This document shows, piece by piece, positions 1 through 13,506 of a stretch of 64,000 bases of DNA (position 1 is its first letter; each line of letters opens with the position of its first letter). The position numbers were made by a program, and so were the translations under genes. This DNA is from Octopus vulgaris (taxonomy: Eukaryota): positions 34,038,001-34,102,000 of the forward strand of contig OX597827.1 of the NCBI GenBank assembly GCA_951406725.2, in the 5' to 3' direction. The notes under the pieces were generated by a model that worked only from the letters and a program-made list of their open reading frames with translations, was not told the origin of the DNA and ran no database searches.

Positions 1-142
1 TGTGTTTATAAAACATCTTTTTCTCTTGGCTTTCTTGAGAAAATTCTGTAGGTTGTAACATATTTGTTGTTTAATTTCTTGCATTTCGGGAAATTTCAGC
101 CAATCAATGACGTCTATTGAGGTGAAAACAATTTCTGCCGTA
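1..142. repeat. Partial copy of the MITE terminal-repeat family seen at 1396-2090
   Basis: tataaaacatcttttt...ttgagaaaa...ccaatcaatgacgt...tgccg aligns by eye to 1482-1615. Confidence 0.6.
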
Positions 143-179
143 ACGATTCTGCCAGCTCGAGAGAAACGACATCGAAGAC

Positions 180-503
180 CTAACTGGCACTCCGTCGGTT
201 ACGACAGCAAAGGTTCCAGTTGATCCGATCAACAGAACCACCTCTTTGTTAAATTAAGTTGTAAGTCACTGAGCACTCTACAGACATGTGTACCCTGAAC
301 GCAGTTCTCAGGGATAGTCAGCGCGACCCAGGATGTGACAGGGTTGACTCTTTGAATTACATGTACAATCCATTTTCACCTGCTGAGTGAACCGGAGCAG
401 CTTGAAATAAAATGCCTTGCTCAAGGATAAAACACACCGCCAGGAATCGAATTCACGACCTTACGATCTAGATCCGAACACCCTAACTACTAAGCCACAT
501 GCA
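180..503 (-). mobile_element. tRNA-derived SINE
   Basis: Minus strand starts gtggcttagtagttagg (A-box-like) ... gaattcgattcc (B-box-like), followed by a ccttgagcaaggcattt body. Confidence 0.7.
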
Positions 504-676
504 TTTACTATCAAATATATCGTAAACCTAAATAGCTTATTTATAGAATACTTCGATCTTTAACCCTAGAAAACATTTTAAACAGTTATATAAACACATG
601 AATGTGACCAGACTGGTCCAACTCAAATTTTCATAAAAAAATATATACAAAACATAAAAAAATTAATTTACATTGT

Positions 677-1075
677 TCAAACACAAAATTGTCTCATCTC
701 TTTGGCTTTCATTTGCAAAAATATGTTACTTTTGACGACTAATTCAACTCGTTTTCTTTTTACCTGAAGGATAAACCCCGAAAAATTCTGGTGAGTAACT
801 TGTTTTTTCCTTCTTTTGGATACTGAAATTATTTCTTCAGGTTCTTCAAGTTTTTCAGCCAGCATTTTAAGAAATTCGCGTCTAGATTGAAATTTGCTCT
901 GTTGTTTCAATTTTGGGTGCTTTCCAATATATAGCTAAAGAAACAAAAACAAAAAAAACACTGTATGCTGCTATATCAATGAGGTTGAAAAACACAGCCA
1001 TTGACCATCTTCGTGTGGCTCGTTTCACCGAATAGTATCTAATCAGCTTGTCAAGTATGTTAACTCCTCCTTTTC
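677..1075 (-). pseudogene. piggyBac-like transposase C-terminal remnant
   Basis: Minus strand reads GGVNILDKLIRYYSVKRATRRWSMAVFFNLIDIAAY, matching the piggyBac GGVD..D..RW...F..L.DIA motif, followed by the SRREFLKMLAEKL ORF. Confidence 0.6.
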
Positions 1076-1395
1076 ATTCAGGTGGACTGGATTATATCCA
1101 ATGCTTCAAAAGAATTCATATTTTTTCAATTTCAGAGTTATCAAAAATATTTCGGTATATAAATAGGGTAGGGGAACACCTAGATTTTAGAAGTCCTCGA
1201 ACTCGAGAACATGCTTCTTGATATGAATTTATTCTTTTTATCTACAGACTAAAACATATTATTGACAGGACCAGAGCGGTCCAGTCTGTTCCCATTGAAC
1301 TTTAAAGCTCAAACACAAAACGAAAAATCAATGTACAATGATTTAAATTAAACAACTTTTTTATATTAGAAAAATATGGCTTCAACACAAAGGAG

Positions 1396-2090
1396 GGATC
1401 TTTACCTTTTGACCGGCAGATTTAGAAAATAATCTTTTGTAACTAAACACTTTTAAACTTCGGACACTGGGAGAATTTGTCATATAAAACATCTTTTACT
1501 CTTAGCATTTTTGAGAAAAACTTATATTTACGAAGTTATTTCACGTTTAAGTTCTCGTATTTCGATAATTTCAACCAATCAATGACGTGTATTCAGCTGA
1601 ATAAAATTACTGCCGTTGTTTCTCAACAAGTACTTCCAGCGGTGTATTTTTCGTTTGTCGCTGTTATTTACGACATCGTTCGTGCGTTTGTATTGGTTTT
1701 AAGGTTTTAGGGTTAGGGTTCGGTTTTAGGGTTGGGTTTAGGGTTAAGATTTTAGGGTTAGGGTTATGGTTAAGGTTTTAAGGCTAGGGTTAGGGTTTTA
1801 GGGTTAGGGTTGTCATAAATAACAGCAACAAACGAAATATACACCGCCAGAAGTTCTTGTTGACAAACAACAGCAGTAATTTTATTCAACTGAATACACG
1901 TCATTGATTGGTTGAAATTACCGAAATACGAGAACTTAAACGTGAAATAACTTCGTAAATATAAGTTTTTCTCAAAAATGCTAAGAGTAAAAGATGTTTT
2001 ATATGACACATTCTACCGGTGTCCGAAGTTTGGAAGTGTTTAGTTTCAAAAAATTATTTTTTAAATCTGTTGGTCAAAAGGTAAAGATCC
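1396..2090. mobile_element. MITE / fold-back DNA element with ~280-bp TIRs, 8-bp TSD and degenerate (TTAGGG)n core
   Basis: Ends GGATCTTTACCTTTTGACC / GGTCAAAAGGTAAAGATCC; CAAAGGAG at 1388-1395 and 2091-2098; mirror ORFs 1477+ and 2009-. Confidence 0.9.
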
Positions 2091-2820
2091 CAAAGGAGCG
2101 CTGTGGTCAATTCCGTGTTTCTGAGTTTTAAATACGCTCATTATAAAAATATTGAATGACGGGAGACTACGAAATTAATGTGTCTCATAAATAAACTTTA
2201 GTTTTCACCTGTCTTCGATTCTTTGTCAATATCCATGCAATATGCTACTTTTCTTTTTATTTCTAAGTAAATATGTACATCATGTTTCACGCTTGTATTT
2301 GTTCACAATTTGGAAATAAGATCACCGGAAGTTTCTGAGTTCAATCCTCACTAAATGTAGCATTTCGAAAACAGCGCAACATCAAGGAGGCATGATCTAG
2401 GTAGGATCGACTTCCTTAGATTGTCAAAAACTAAAAGGCCAAAACGCTTTTTCCTCTGAATGCACCTCGTGCTTTATGCTCGCCCCGAAGCGAGTTTCTG
2501 CTTGCTAAGAAAGCGTAACAAAAGTAAATACTATCATAAGAAACTCCATTTAAGATCGTTTTCTACATTTGGTCTTTCAAGCTGACAGTATTTGAATTAT
2601 TAGGCCATTTAAACTCGGCTTTTTTGCGTTCAGTTTTATGGTTGGTACCCGTCTACAAATGGATCTTCATCTGCATCTCCTGGTTGTAAAAAGTAACGCA
2701 AATGTTATTTGTTGGATTCTCATTAATTAACCTAGGCTTCATTATCTTTTCATGCAATTTACCTAAATTAAAAATAATTATATATATATATACATTCCTA
2801 CACTTTACCTAAATTACAAA

Positions 2821-2865
<45 letters not shown>

Positions 2866-2874
2866 CACATAAAA

Positions 2875-3112
2875 ATATCGTGTCCATTAGAACACATTAA
2901 GAGGCTTCCAAATAGGAAAGCCTTGTGCTAGAAAGAGCAGTAGAAAACTCAAACCACTAATTATGGATAAATTCTCGAAAGGCTTGAAAATTAAAAACGT
3001 TTACCATCAATCCTTTCGAGAATTTATCCATAATTAGTGGTTTGAGTTTTCTACTGGCTTTCTAGCACAAGGCTTTCCTATTTGGAAGCCTCTTAATATG
3101 TTCTAATGGACA

Positions 3113-3117
<5 letters not shown>
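2875..3117. repeat. ~240-bp hairpin inserted in (TA)n, related to the 23875-25150 family
   Basis: atatcgtgtccattagaac... / ...gttctaatggacacgatat arms; shares ctagaaagagcag, aaaccactaat and aaaaacgtttacc motifs with 24020-24093. Confidence 0.85.
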
Positions 3118-3166
<49 letters not shown>

Positions 3167-3308
3167 TCCTACACCTGCACACAATAAGTATACGTATATC
3201 AAGAGATATGTATCAACGGACATATATCTTTTTTTATATCCTGATGTTGGATATATAATTCAACGAAGCAGAGGGAAATAACGTATTCAAATGATGCAAT
3301 ACTATTAC

Positions 3309-3446
3309 TGTTACACGAGGTTAAACGCTCTCTGCCAACGACTCACAGTGAACTGCTTACCCTCAATTGCTGACTGTTCTTTATTTTATACCAATATGTC
3401 AGTCCGTTTTTAGTCACTTCTGGGTGGTCGGAATCCTTCCACAACA
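3309..3446 (-). mobile_element. 3' LTR of a Gypsy element, 138 bp
   Basis: TGTT...AACA ends; on the minus strand it is immediately preceded by a polypurine tract (aaaaagggaaga, ~3447-3458). Confidence 0.7.
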
Positions 3447-4750
3447 TCTTCCCTTTTTAGAATATCTCTTACGCTTAGGGTTTAATTTTAGTATCTTCGC
3501 TCTTTTCAGATTTCTGTTGCTAGAACGTTTAGTTTCAAATTGTTTGGGTGTTGATACCGCAAACGTGTTGTACAAAACTTCCATAGGGATTTCATTTCTC
3601 GTGACTGTTTATCCCGTGAATCTTTTCTTAAGTTAGTTAATATTTCTTTTATGTTCGATATTTTTCCTTTTACCAGGAATAGCATTCTTCCAATTTGTTT
3701 AATAATTACACCGTCTTCCCAAGCTTTCTTTACCATATCTATAAGTTTTTAAAAAATTTGTCACCTAACTTGAAGTATTTTTGTTGTTCAACTTTTTCTA
3801 TTTTCATTCGGTATCACCTTACCAAAAACGGAACTGATCTTCCTAGTAAACATCAATTCTACGGGTGACATTCCAGATGGGGTATTCGGATTAAATGTTA
3901 CTCGCTTACTCTTAGAAATTGTTGAAGTGCAAGGCCGTCCATTACTTCATTGTTCGCCTTTTTAATGCCCTTTTGAAAGTGTCCACAAAATGCTCCGCTT
4001 GTCCGTTTAACTTAGGATAATATGGCGGAGTGGTGATATGTTCGATAACAAACATTTTACAAAATTTTATGAACTCGACTGACGGAAATTGAGTTCTATT
4101 ATCTGACACAATGATATCAGGAATACTATGTCTGGCGAACAATTCGTGTAAAGAAAGTTTCTGTAACTGCAGATGTCGGCTTTTTACATTTATGCACTTC
4201 AGACCACGTTAAAATACTGTTCACCGCAACAAGGTAATATGAACCCTTAAGTAGACCTGCGTTATCATCATGCAGTCAGGACCATGGCACATCTGTTTTT
4301 GGCCACGGTTGCCATTTAGTGGTAGGTGCTTTTGCAGGTAGGGCACACCCTCTGCATGCTTTTACTAGTTCTTCAGTATCACAGTCAATTGTTGGCCAAT
4401 ATACATAACTTCTCATCAACGATTTCATTCTCGAAATCATTAAGTGACCAATGTGAAATTCCGTTAGTAATCGCTTCTGTAGTGTGGCTAGCACTACGAC
4501 CCTTTGTGCGTACAACACAATGTTACACATTGAGAATGGATTCGCATTTGTTTTGCGCATATTTTTATCTCTTTTAGTCAACTGTAATTCTTTCATCTTT
4601 TAATGAATTTATCCTTTTCCGATTTTAATTTTATGTCTTGTAATGTGACTGGCAGTTCACGTATAACGTCACAGAAAACTGTTTTACTTCATTTTCCACT
4701 CAAACGCAACAATCACGGTATCTTCAAATGGTTCAGCATTTTTTTAAAGC
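3447..4750 (-). pseudogene. Ty3/Gypsy integrase region, degenerate
   Basis: HIGH..SRMKSLMRSYVYWP..C..C zinc finger; FARHSIPDIIVSDN...NGQAEHFVDTFK integrase core; frameshifts. Confidence 0.9.
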
Positions 4751-4867
4751 AGTCTTGATAAACAATCAGCGTGTTGATTTTTAAAATGAGAATATCTGAA
4801 ATAAACTCGACTGTTCTCACAAACGAGAATACTAAAAATAAACACGATCGCTCTCGAAAATTAAGTA

Positions 4868-5072
4868 AAAAAAAACAGAAAAATAATTTAGAATCGTTGT
4901 CCAGCACCTAATCGATTCCAAAATCTAATTATTTTCTGCCAGTCACGAGGCCAAACATCTCTGAAAGTTTCATCCGAATCCATCCAGCAGTTCTTGAGAT
5001 ATCTTGTCCAGGGACAAACAAGCAAACACGGCTGAAAACAATACTCCGCCTTCGCTAAGGCGATGGTAATAA
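4868..5072 (-). mobile_element. Non-autonomous Helitron/Helentron-like (HINE-type) fragment
   Basis: Reverse-complement similarity to 39138-39330; terminal ccgccttcgctaaggcg hairpin. Confidence 0.5.
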
Positions 5073-5094
5073 TATAGTACCCCAGCATGGCAGC

Positions 5095-5672
5095 CTATTA
5101 GTGATTAATACATGCGGAGGACAGCTAACCACCCAGAAACTCGAGTCTTTGTGTATCACGTAAGGCTATAGATGGGAGCGATGACCTCCCCTCGCAAATA
5201 CTAATCAGACACAGAAGGTATGTCGTTAGCCAGCTGGAAGAGGTGTCTTGCTGGGGCTATATATATATTAGTAGCGCTGTCATTTATAGGACGGCACACT
5301 TGGTTGGCAATTATATGCTACGATTCCATATTGCTACTGTTTATATCACGGTCAGAGATTTAATATAGCTTATTTCTCCTTTCTCGAGATCATTAACAGT
5401 TTGTAGCTGGAAAAAGCATATAGTATGTTGCCAGTAGAATGGGTTTTCATGACTAGCTGGTGATTAACACACGCTGAGGGCGGGTAACCACCCAGAAACT
5501 CGAATCCGTGTGTATCACGTAAGGTTAGAGGTGGGAGCGATGACTTCCGCTCGCAAATACTAATCGGACACAGAAAGTGTGTCGTTAGCCAGCTGGAAGA
5601 GATATCTTCCTGGGTCTATATAAGTCAGAATCACGATCCGTTATAGGACGCCACACTTGGTTGGCAATTATA
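5095..5672 (+). repeat. Two ~215-bp direct repeats about 360 bp apart
   Basis: gtgattaa...aaccacccagaaactcga...gggagcgatgac...ttagccagctggaagag...cacttggttggcaattata at ~5101-5315 and ~5460-5672. Confidence 0.85.
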
Positions 5673-5726
5673 TATATATGTGTGTGTGTGTGTATGTACG
5701 TATGCATATATGTATACATATATATA

Positions 5727-5831
<105 letters not shown>

Positions 5832-5924
5832 ATGTATATGTATAGAGTGTCAGGTGCTTTGTCCAGAAACTGAATATTGAGAAAAGAAGTCGTCAGAATT
5901 TTGGAAAAAATCTTTTATTTCTTC

Positions 5925-5970
5925 ATTATTATTAGCACTTTCGTTCGTTTCTCGAACTCGTCAAATAAAA
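5925..5970 (-). ncRNA. Minimal hammerhead-like motif (C3U core variant)
   Basis: Minus: ttat UUGACGA GUUCG agaaa CGAAC GAAA GUGC UA ataa; perfect 5-bp stem II. Confidence 0.5.
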
Positions 5971-6709
5971 TTTTGTGAATGTACAAACAGCTTGTTCATT
6001 TATATAAAACAGATTTTTGGGGTGGGTGTTGTTTAGAAGAGAACATTGTTTTTGTTTTTTAGGGGTGTGAGGCTTCATGATAATGGAGACGGATAGCTAT
6101 TAATATATGTAGGTAGATAGGCTGATAAACAGATAGATAGATTAGATAGCTAGATAGTAGATAGGTAGGTAGGTAGGTAGAGGGAGAGAAAGAGAAGTGG
6201 GAGGCGATCCCCCTTCCTATTCACCATTCACTTATTCATTTATTTATTAAGTCATTTACCATTTGTGTGTGTGCGTGTGAGTGAGTGCGTGTGTGTGTGT
6301 GAGTATATGTGTGTGTATGCGCGCGCGTAGTGTATGTGTTTGGGAACATGTCCATGTTTCTACTGTGTAACTTCGATCACGCCTCTTTCAATTTCACGCT
6401 TTTGCATTAGGGAACATTAGTATAACACTTACAAACTAGAGGAACACGCAAAGCTCAAAACATCTCAATGCAATACATATACATCTGAATATTTACAGAG
6501 ATGAGAATTACGTTTCCGATATTTTAGTTATGTTCAGAATATTATACTAATGTGTCCTTCTAATCTAATTAAATACTATATCTTTATGCAGCCGAAAATT
6601 GCTCTACATTTTAAATTGATGTAGTGAAATGATTGCATTGTTCAATTAAATGGAGTCGCATGAAACGATCGTATTGCATTACCTCTGGATATCCTTGTCG
6701 CTTATTTTG

Positions 6710-6792
<83 letters not shown>

Positions 6793-7169
6793 TAAGGATG
6801 TTAGCGGTTGTGAATCCAACCATCTAAATGATGATATCTACTACGATATACTGCTGGTAGAATACCCAATTATTAATACGCAAGTGTTTTTTTTAACGCA
6901 TTGCAATTACATTACCGAGTGTACTTAATGGGTGAGGGTAAAGAGTTATTTTACCATTCATTTATAGAGTAATAAGAAAATAGAGGGGATCAATAGGTGG
7001 TTCATCAATTTTTAGACATTATATTATGTCAACTTATATATTTATTTATTAAATGACAATTACAAAAATATACATACATGTAAAACATATTTTGCTTTAC
7101 GTATAAAATATATAAAGATACCAGTAATTATTAAAATATATAACATACAGGAAGAGAAATTGTGAAAAT

Positions 7170-7296
7170 TACTTACAGCTGTTTCAGCCAAGAGGCAAAA
7201 ATACCTCATTCTACCTTTATCCCTCCAGTAGACTGAAGTAATTAGTAGATGAAATTGAGGTACGTGGGTGGTTACTCTAGGCTTCGTCAGAGATTT
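7170..7296 (-). ncRNA. Hammerhead motif with extended stem II
   Basis: Minus: CUGACGA AGCCuAGAG...CUCUuGGCU GAAA CAGCUG UA; palindromic stem III ACAGCUGU; weak stem I. Confidence 0.6.
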
Positions 7297-7433
7297 TTGA
7301 AATTACATAAGGTTAAGTTATAAATATAAATACACACACATTTACAAACGTATACATATACATATGCATACATATATAAATACACATAAATACATATACC
7401 TACACTGCATGTATAATAATACACAAGAATCAA

Positions 7434-7449
7434 TTATTATTATTATTAC

Positions 7450-7482
<33 letters not shown>

Positions 7483-7485
7483 CAT

Positions 7486-7547
<62 letters not shown>

Positions 7548-7566
7548 TATTATTATTATTATTATT
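7434..7566. repeat. (ATT)n-(ATC)n-(ATT)n microsatellite
   Basis: Direct reading. Confidence 0.95.
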
Positions 7567-7789
7567 AGATGCATTATATTATTCATATTAGATAAAATAT
7601 AAACAGAGGTATGAGAAAGTTATAAGAGGAGTAATATCGTAATTTATAAAATCAATATAACTTAAAGTTATTTCAGTTGATCCTTGTGTTTGCTTATACA
7701 TGCAAATATGTATGTGCATTCAAGTGTAGATATATGTATTTATGTATATTTATATATGTATGTATATGTATAAGTATGTAAATGTATGA

Positions 7790-8455
7790 TAACCTCACAC
7801 TCCAGGTCTTACTGTCATACTCAAATTCAGTGACACTCTAATTGTATACATAAGACAACACAATATAGTCATATGCAATACATATTGCCCACCGGATGCT
7901 CCAAACAACATAGGCAAGTTTGAAGATTGCCTCACAAGAATTAAAGAAATCTTCATGAAACTGGAATGCCATGTGAGCATATTTCTTATGGGTGATTTCA
8001 ACTTCCCCAACGTCAAATGGCCCGAAGGTCTCTTGCTCTCAGGAATGACTCATTGCAAGCAAGCACAGGTGGAGTCCCTTCTAAATCTCACCAATGCGCT
8101 ATTCATTGAGCAAGCTGTACTCAGACCAACTAGGACGAATAACATTTTGAATCTCTGCTTCACGAACAATATGGACACCATTCATGATGTGAAAGTGACA
8201 CCCACATTAGTATCGGATTACAACATAATAGAGCTGTCTATGTTTGGGCGGAAAGTAGCCAGAGACACACAGCCTAAAGAAAGCACACGAAATCTCTCCA
8301 ATCTGAACTTCCACAAAGCAGATTGGAAATCGATCCGAAAAGAAATCCTCAGACAGGACTGGCCGACATGTTTCTCCACACCAGGCATTGGCATGACACT
8401 AGAATGTTCCATGTCTGTTGTGCAAGCCATATGCCTGAAATATGTCCCAGATTTG
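7790..8455 (+). pseudogene. LINE apurinic endonuclease fragment (CR1/L2-type)
   Basis: IFLMGDFNFP, PTR.NNIL.L.FTN, SDYNII motifs in ORF 7955-8461. Confidence 0.85.
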
Positions 8456-9164
8456 TTGTAGGAATCAAAGGGGTTCATAGGTAAAAGAAAAAATAGTTGT
8501 GAAACTATAGCACAAGCAGTAATATGTGATCTGGGATATGCTTGTATGGAATTGCTTTAACTAAGATTTCAACTGTCAAAAGTATAACCAGAATATGGAG
8601 TTCTGGGCTCAGAAGGAAACAGAGCGCAGGGTCGGGGGGAAGGCATCAAAGACAAGTTACCCAGGTCACAGGAAAAAAATTGAAGAACGTATATATACAC
8701 TATAAACATGCATGTATACAAATATATATACTTATTTATACATTTATATGTATACATATACACACAAGAGCGCATACATATATATTGCGTATATATGTAC
8801 ATTTATGAATATACATACATAAAAATTGTCTCCAGCAGGTTTGCTTTCAGTCCCAGTGCATAGTAGGTGTTTTCTAGTACAACCCTGGGCCAACCGAAGA
8901 CTTGTGAGTGGGTTTGGTTCACAGATGTGTATATATATATATATATCTTGCCCCACACAACGGCTCTCCACAATCTAGGCTTCACTTGGAGCAACGGCTC
9001 ATATTCCTTCTACAGACTCTAACCCCACACGGACTCAACACAGCCCCCTCCTCTTAGTGACTGCGCTCCACTTCTCCCCACTAGCATCTTTTATTTTTTA
9101 TTTATTATTTTTTATTTTTTATTTTATATTTTTTATTTTTTATTTTTTATAATTGTCCTTATGC

Positions 9165-10393
9165 AGTCACACACACACACATACTCAAGTACTCACGAAC
9201 ACACCTACTCCCAACACACCACACACACACAACGTACATGCACATGTACGCACACATACTTCCACACCTATACATACACCCACACACCCACACCTCCCAC
9301 GCGCACACACACACATGCCCGTGCACACACACCAGGGACAATACTCATACAGATACGCACACTCCTATAAACACCTAGCTGAGACGCACAGATACACGCA
9401 CGTAAGGGCACACACGCACACAAGAACGCGCATGTACCTTACGCCCACACAACTCCAACCCCCTCCCCGCATACATTCACACACAAACATACATACGTAC
9501 ACACACATAATACATACAAAGATACAGTCATACATACATACATACACACACACGCATACATACATTCATACATACATACACACACATACATACATACACA
9601 CACATACATACATACACACATACATACACACACATACACATATGCACACATACATACATACACACACACATACACACATACATACATACACACACATACA
9701 TATACATACACACACACACACACACACACATACAAACATACATACATACACATACACACACATACATATACATACATACATACATACACACACATACACA
9801 CACATACACACACATACATATACATACATACATACACACATACACACATACACGCATACACACATACATACATACACACACACATACACACATACATACA
9901 TACATACACACACATACATATACATACATACACACACACATACATATACATACATACGTACACACACGCACATACACACATACACGCATGCACACATACA
10001 TACATACATACACATACATACACACACACACACATACATACATACATACATACATACACACACAGATACACACATACATACATACATACATACATACATA
10101 CATACATACATACACACATACATACACACATACACACACACATACAAACATACATACACACACATACACACACACATACACATACATACATACATACATA
10201 CACACACATACACACACGGACGCACACATACATACATACATTCACATACATACACACACATACATACATACATACACACACATACACACATACATACATA
10301 CATACATACATACATACACACATACATACACACGTACACACACACATACAAACATACATACACACACATACACACACATACACATACATACAT

Positions 10394-10426
<33 letters not shown>

Positions 10427-10512
10427 TACACACACACACACATACATATACATACACACATACACGCATACACACATACATACATAATACACACACACAC
10501 ACATACATACAT

Positions 10513-10543
<31 letters not shown>

Positions 10544-11441
10544 TACATACATACATACACACACATATACATATACATACATACGTACACACACGCACAT
10601 ACACACATACACGCATGCACACATACATACATATATACACACACATACACACACATACATACATTCATACGTACATACATACACACATTTACATACATAC
10701 ATACATACATACACACACATACACACATACATACACACTCACATACACACACACATACATACATACACACATACTTACATACACACACGCATACATATAC
10801 ATACACACACACAGATACACACATACACACATACATACATACACACACGCATACATACACACATACATACATAGACGCATATATACATACATACACACAT
10901 ACATATACATACATGCATACAGGCACACACATACACACATACACGCATGCACACATACATACATACACATACATACACACACACACATACACACATATAC
11001 ATACTATACACACATACACACACATACACACATACATACACACACGCGTACATATACATACATACATACACATACACATACACACACACACTTACACACA
11101 TACACCCGTATATACATACATACTTACACACATACACACATACACACATACATACATACACACACGCATACATATACATACATACATACACATACACACA
11201 CACATACACACATACATACGTACACACACATACATACACACATACATACACACATACATACATAGATACATACTTACACAAACATACATATACATACATA
11301 CATACACACACATACGCACACACATACACACACACACACGCACACATACATACATACACACACATACATACACACACATACATACATACATACATACACA
11401 CACACTTACACACATACACACATACATACACACAGATACAT

Positions 11442-11478
<37 letters not shown>

Positions 11479-12049
11479 TACACACACATACATACATACG
11501 CACACATACACATATACACATATGCACACACACACACACATATATATACATACATACACACACACATACACGCATGCACACATACATACATACATACACA
11601 CACACACGCATACATATACATACATACATACACACACATACACACATACACACATACATACACACACATACATACACACATACATACATACATACATACA
11701 TGCACACACACACACATACACATACATACACACACACATGCACACATACACGCAGGCACACATACATACATACACACATACATACACACACATACATACA
11801 CACACATATACACGCATACACACACATACACACATACATACATACACACACATACATACATACACACATACACACACATACACACATACATACACACACG
11901 CATACATATACACACATACATATACATACACATGCACACATACACACATACACACATACAAACATACACACACATACGTACACACATACATAGATACACA
12001 CACACATACATATACATACATACATACACACACATACACATGCACACAT

Positions 12050-12091
<42 letters not shown>

Positions 12092-12810
12092 ACACACATA
12101 CACACATACACACATACATACATACATACATACATACACACATATAAACATATAAACACACATATAAGCCTCTACATTGTACACACACGCACATATATAC
12201 ATACATTCACTCGCACGCACGTACACACACACGCACACACACACACACATTTACATATATATACTATACACGCACACACACACATACACACGTACAAACA
12301 CACACAAACTCACATACACACCGACAGATATACATACACATTATACACCAATCCGCGCACGCACACATACACATAAACACATACAAACGCACACATACAC
12401 ACATACACGTACATACATACACACTCACACAAATGAACCCACACATACATCCCTACACACACACACGCACGTACAAGCACACACGCACACATACACTAGG
12501 TTAAGCACAGTTACTCGCCACACACCCAAGCTCTACGCATACACACACGAACACACACATGCACACACACACACTACAAACAACACACACACATGATACA
12601 TATACTTACACGCACACACATATACCCCTTTGTTTTCGACCTGGTTTTGACCTCGCTGAATACAAAAAAGTGCCACTCCTTTATGACAGCTGGCTTGCCA
12701 TGCCTGTTATTCACCATACACACATACACACACACACGCATGCACGCACAAACACACTTGTCATCCTTGCACACACACACACACACACACATGCACCCAC
12801 ACACATTCCT
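9165..12810. repeat. ~3.6-kb compound (CA)n/(CATA)n microsatellite
   Basis: Direct reading; source of the HTYI/VCMY ORFs. Confidence 0.97.
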
Positions 12811-12814
12811 TGTC

Positions 12815-13079
12815 TTTGAAACTCTCTTGTTTTTAAAAATCATGATTCGTCTACCTTTCAACTTCTGTTCTTTCATGTGATCTCTTGAGCACCACCAGCA
12901 AAAATATTTTTTTCCTCTGTCTTCCCTTCTCGGGATCTTTCCTTCTCCTTTGTTTCCGACGAAGAGCTCCGCTCGAAACGTTAAACCCTCCTTCCCTTCT
13001 TTCCTGAGCGTCAAATAATACTTTAATTGTTCCACGTCCTCGCGTTGCTGTGTTTTTTTCTGTGTTTTCTTGTTTGGAT

Positions 13080-13085
<6 letters not shown>
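12815..13085 (+). mobile_element. TA-associated non-coding element with degenerate minimal HHR (12951-12986)
   Basis: gttt CCGACGA AGAGC tcc GCTC GAAACGTT aaac; related copies at 22212-22415 and 63070-63160. Confidence 0.55.
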
Positions 13086-13145
<60 letters not shown>

Positions 13146-13227
13146 GGTCCCGGGTTGAGTCGGGGTTAACCACAGTAAATAAGGTACTCAATACATAGCA
13201 GAGTAAATTAATTTATTTTATAGAAGG

Positions 13228-13278
13228 AGCCTCTACAGGACTAGAACTGTTTCATTCAAATGAAATCATCAGGAAGCT
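13228..13278 (-). ncRNA. Type I hammerhead ribozyme, left arm of a fold-back pair
   Basis: Minus: AGCUUC CUGAUGA uuucauuugaau GAAACAG uucuaguc CUGUA GAGGCU. Confidence 0.75.
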
Positions 13279-13399
13279 TTGTGTCAAGAATAGTTTCTAA
13301 GAAAGACAGTTTGCACCAGGCCTACCCCAAAAAAGTCCCCCACCACCACCCCTTTAAATCTGCCTAAATGTATAAATGCCAAAACTATTCTTGACACAA

Positions 13400-13450
13400 A
13401 GCTTCCTGATGATTTCATTTGAATGAAACAGTTCTAGTCCTGTAGAAGCT
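13400..13450 (+). ncRNA. Type I hammerhead ribozyme, right arm
   Basis: Stem I AGCUUC/GAAGCU; CUGAUGA; short stem II UUC/GAA; GAAA; stem III ACAG/CUGU; GUA cleavage triplet. Confidence 0.8.
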
Positions 13451-13458
13451 CCTTCTAT

Positions 13459-13506
<48 letters not shown>

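Noticed and set aside
435-503. tRNA genes at SINE heads (also 34075, 48040, 54740)
   Set aside because: Only A/B-box-like heads continuing into SINE bodies; no complete cloverleaf
1695-1810. True telomere or chromosome end
   Set aside because: Short, degenerate and enclosed within a TIR element with a TSD
9153-12596. Long His/Thr/Tyr and Val/Cys/Met ORFs up to 550 aa
   Set aside because: Stop-free translations of CA/CATA microsatellite in several frames on both strands
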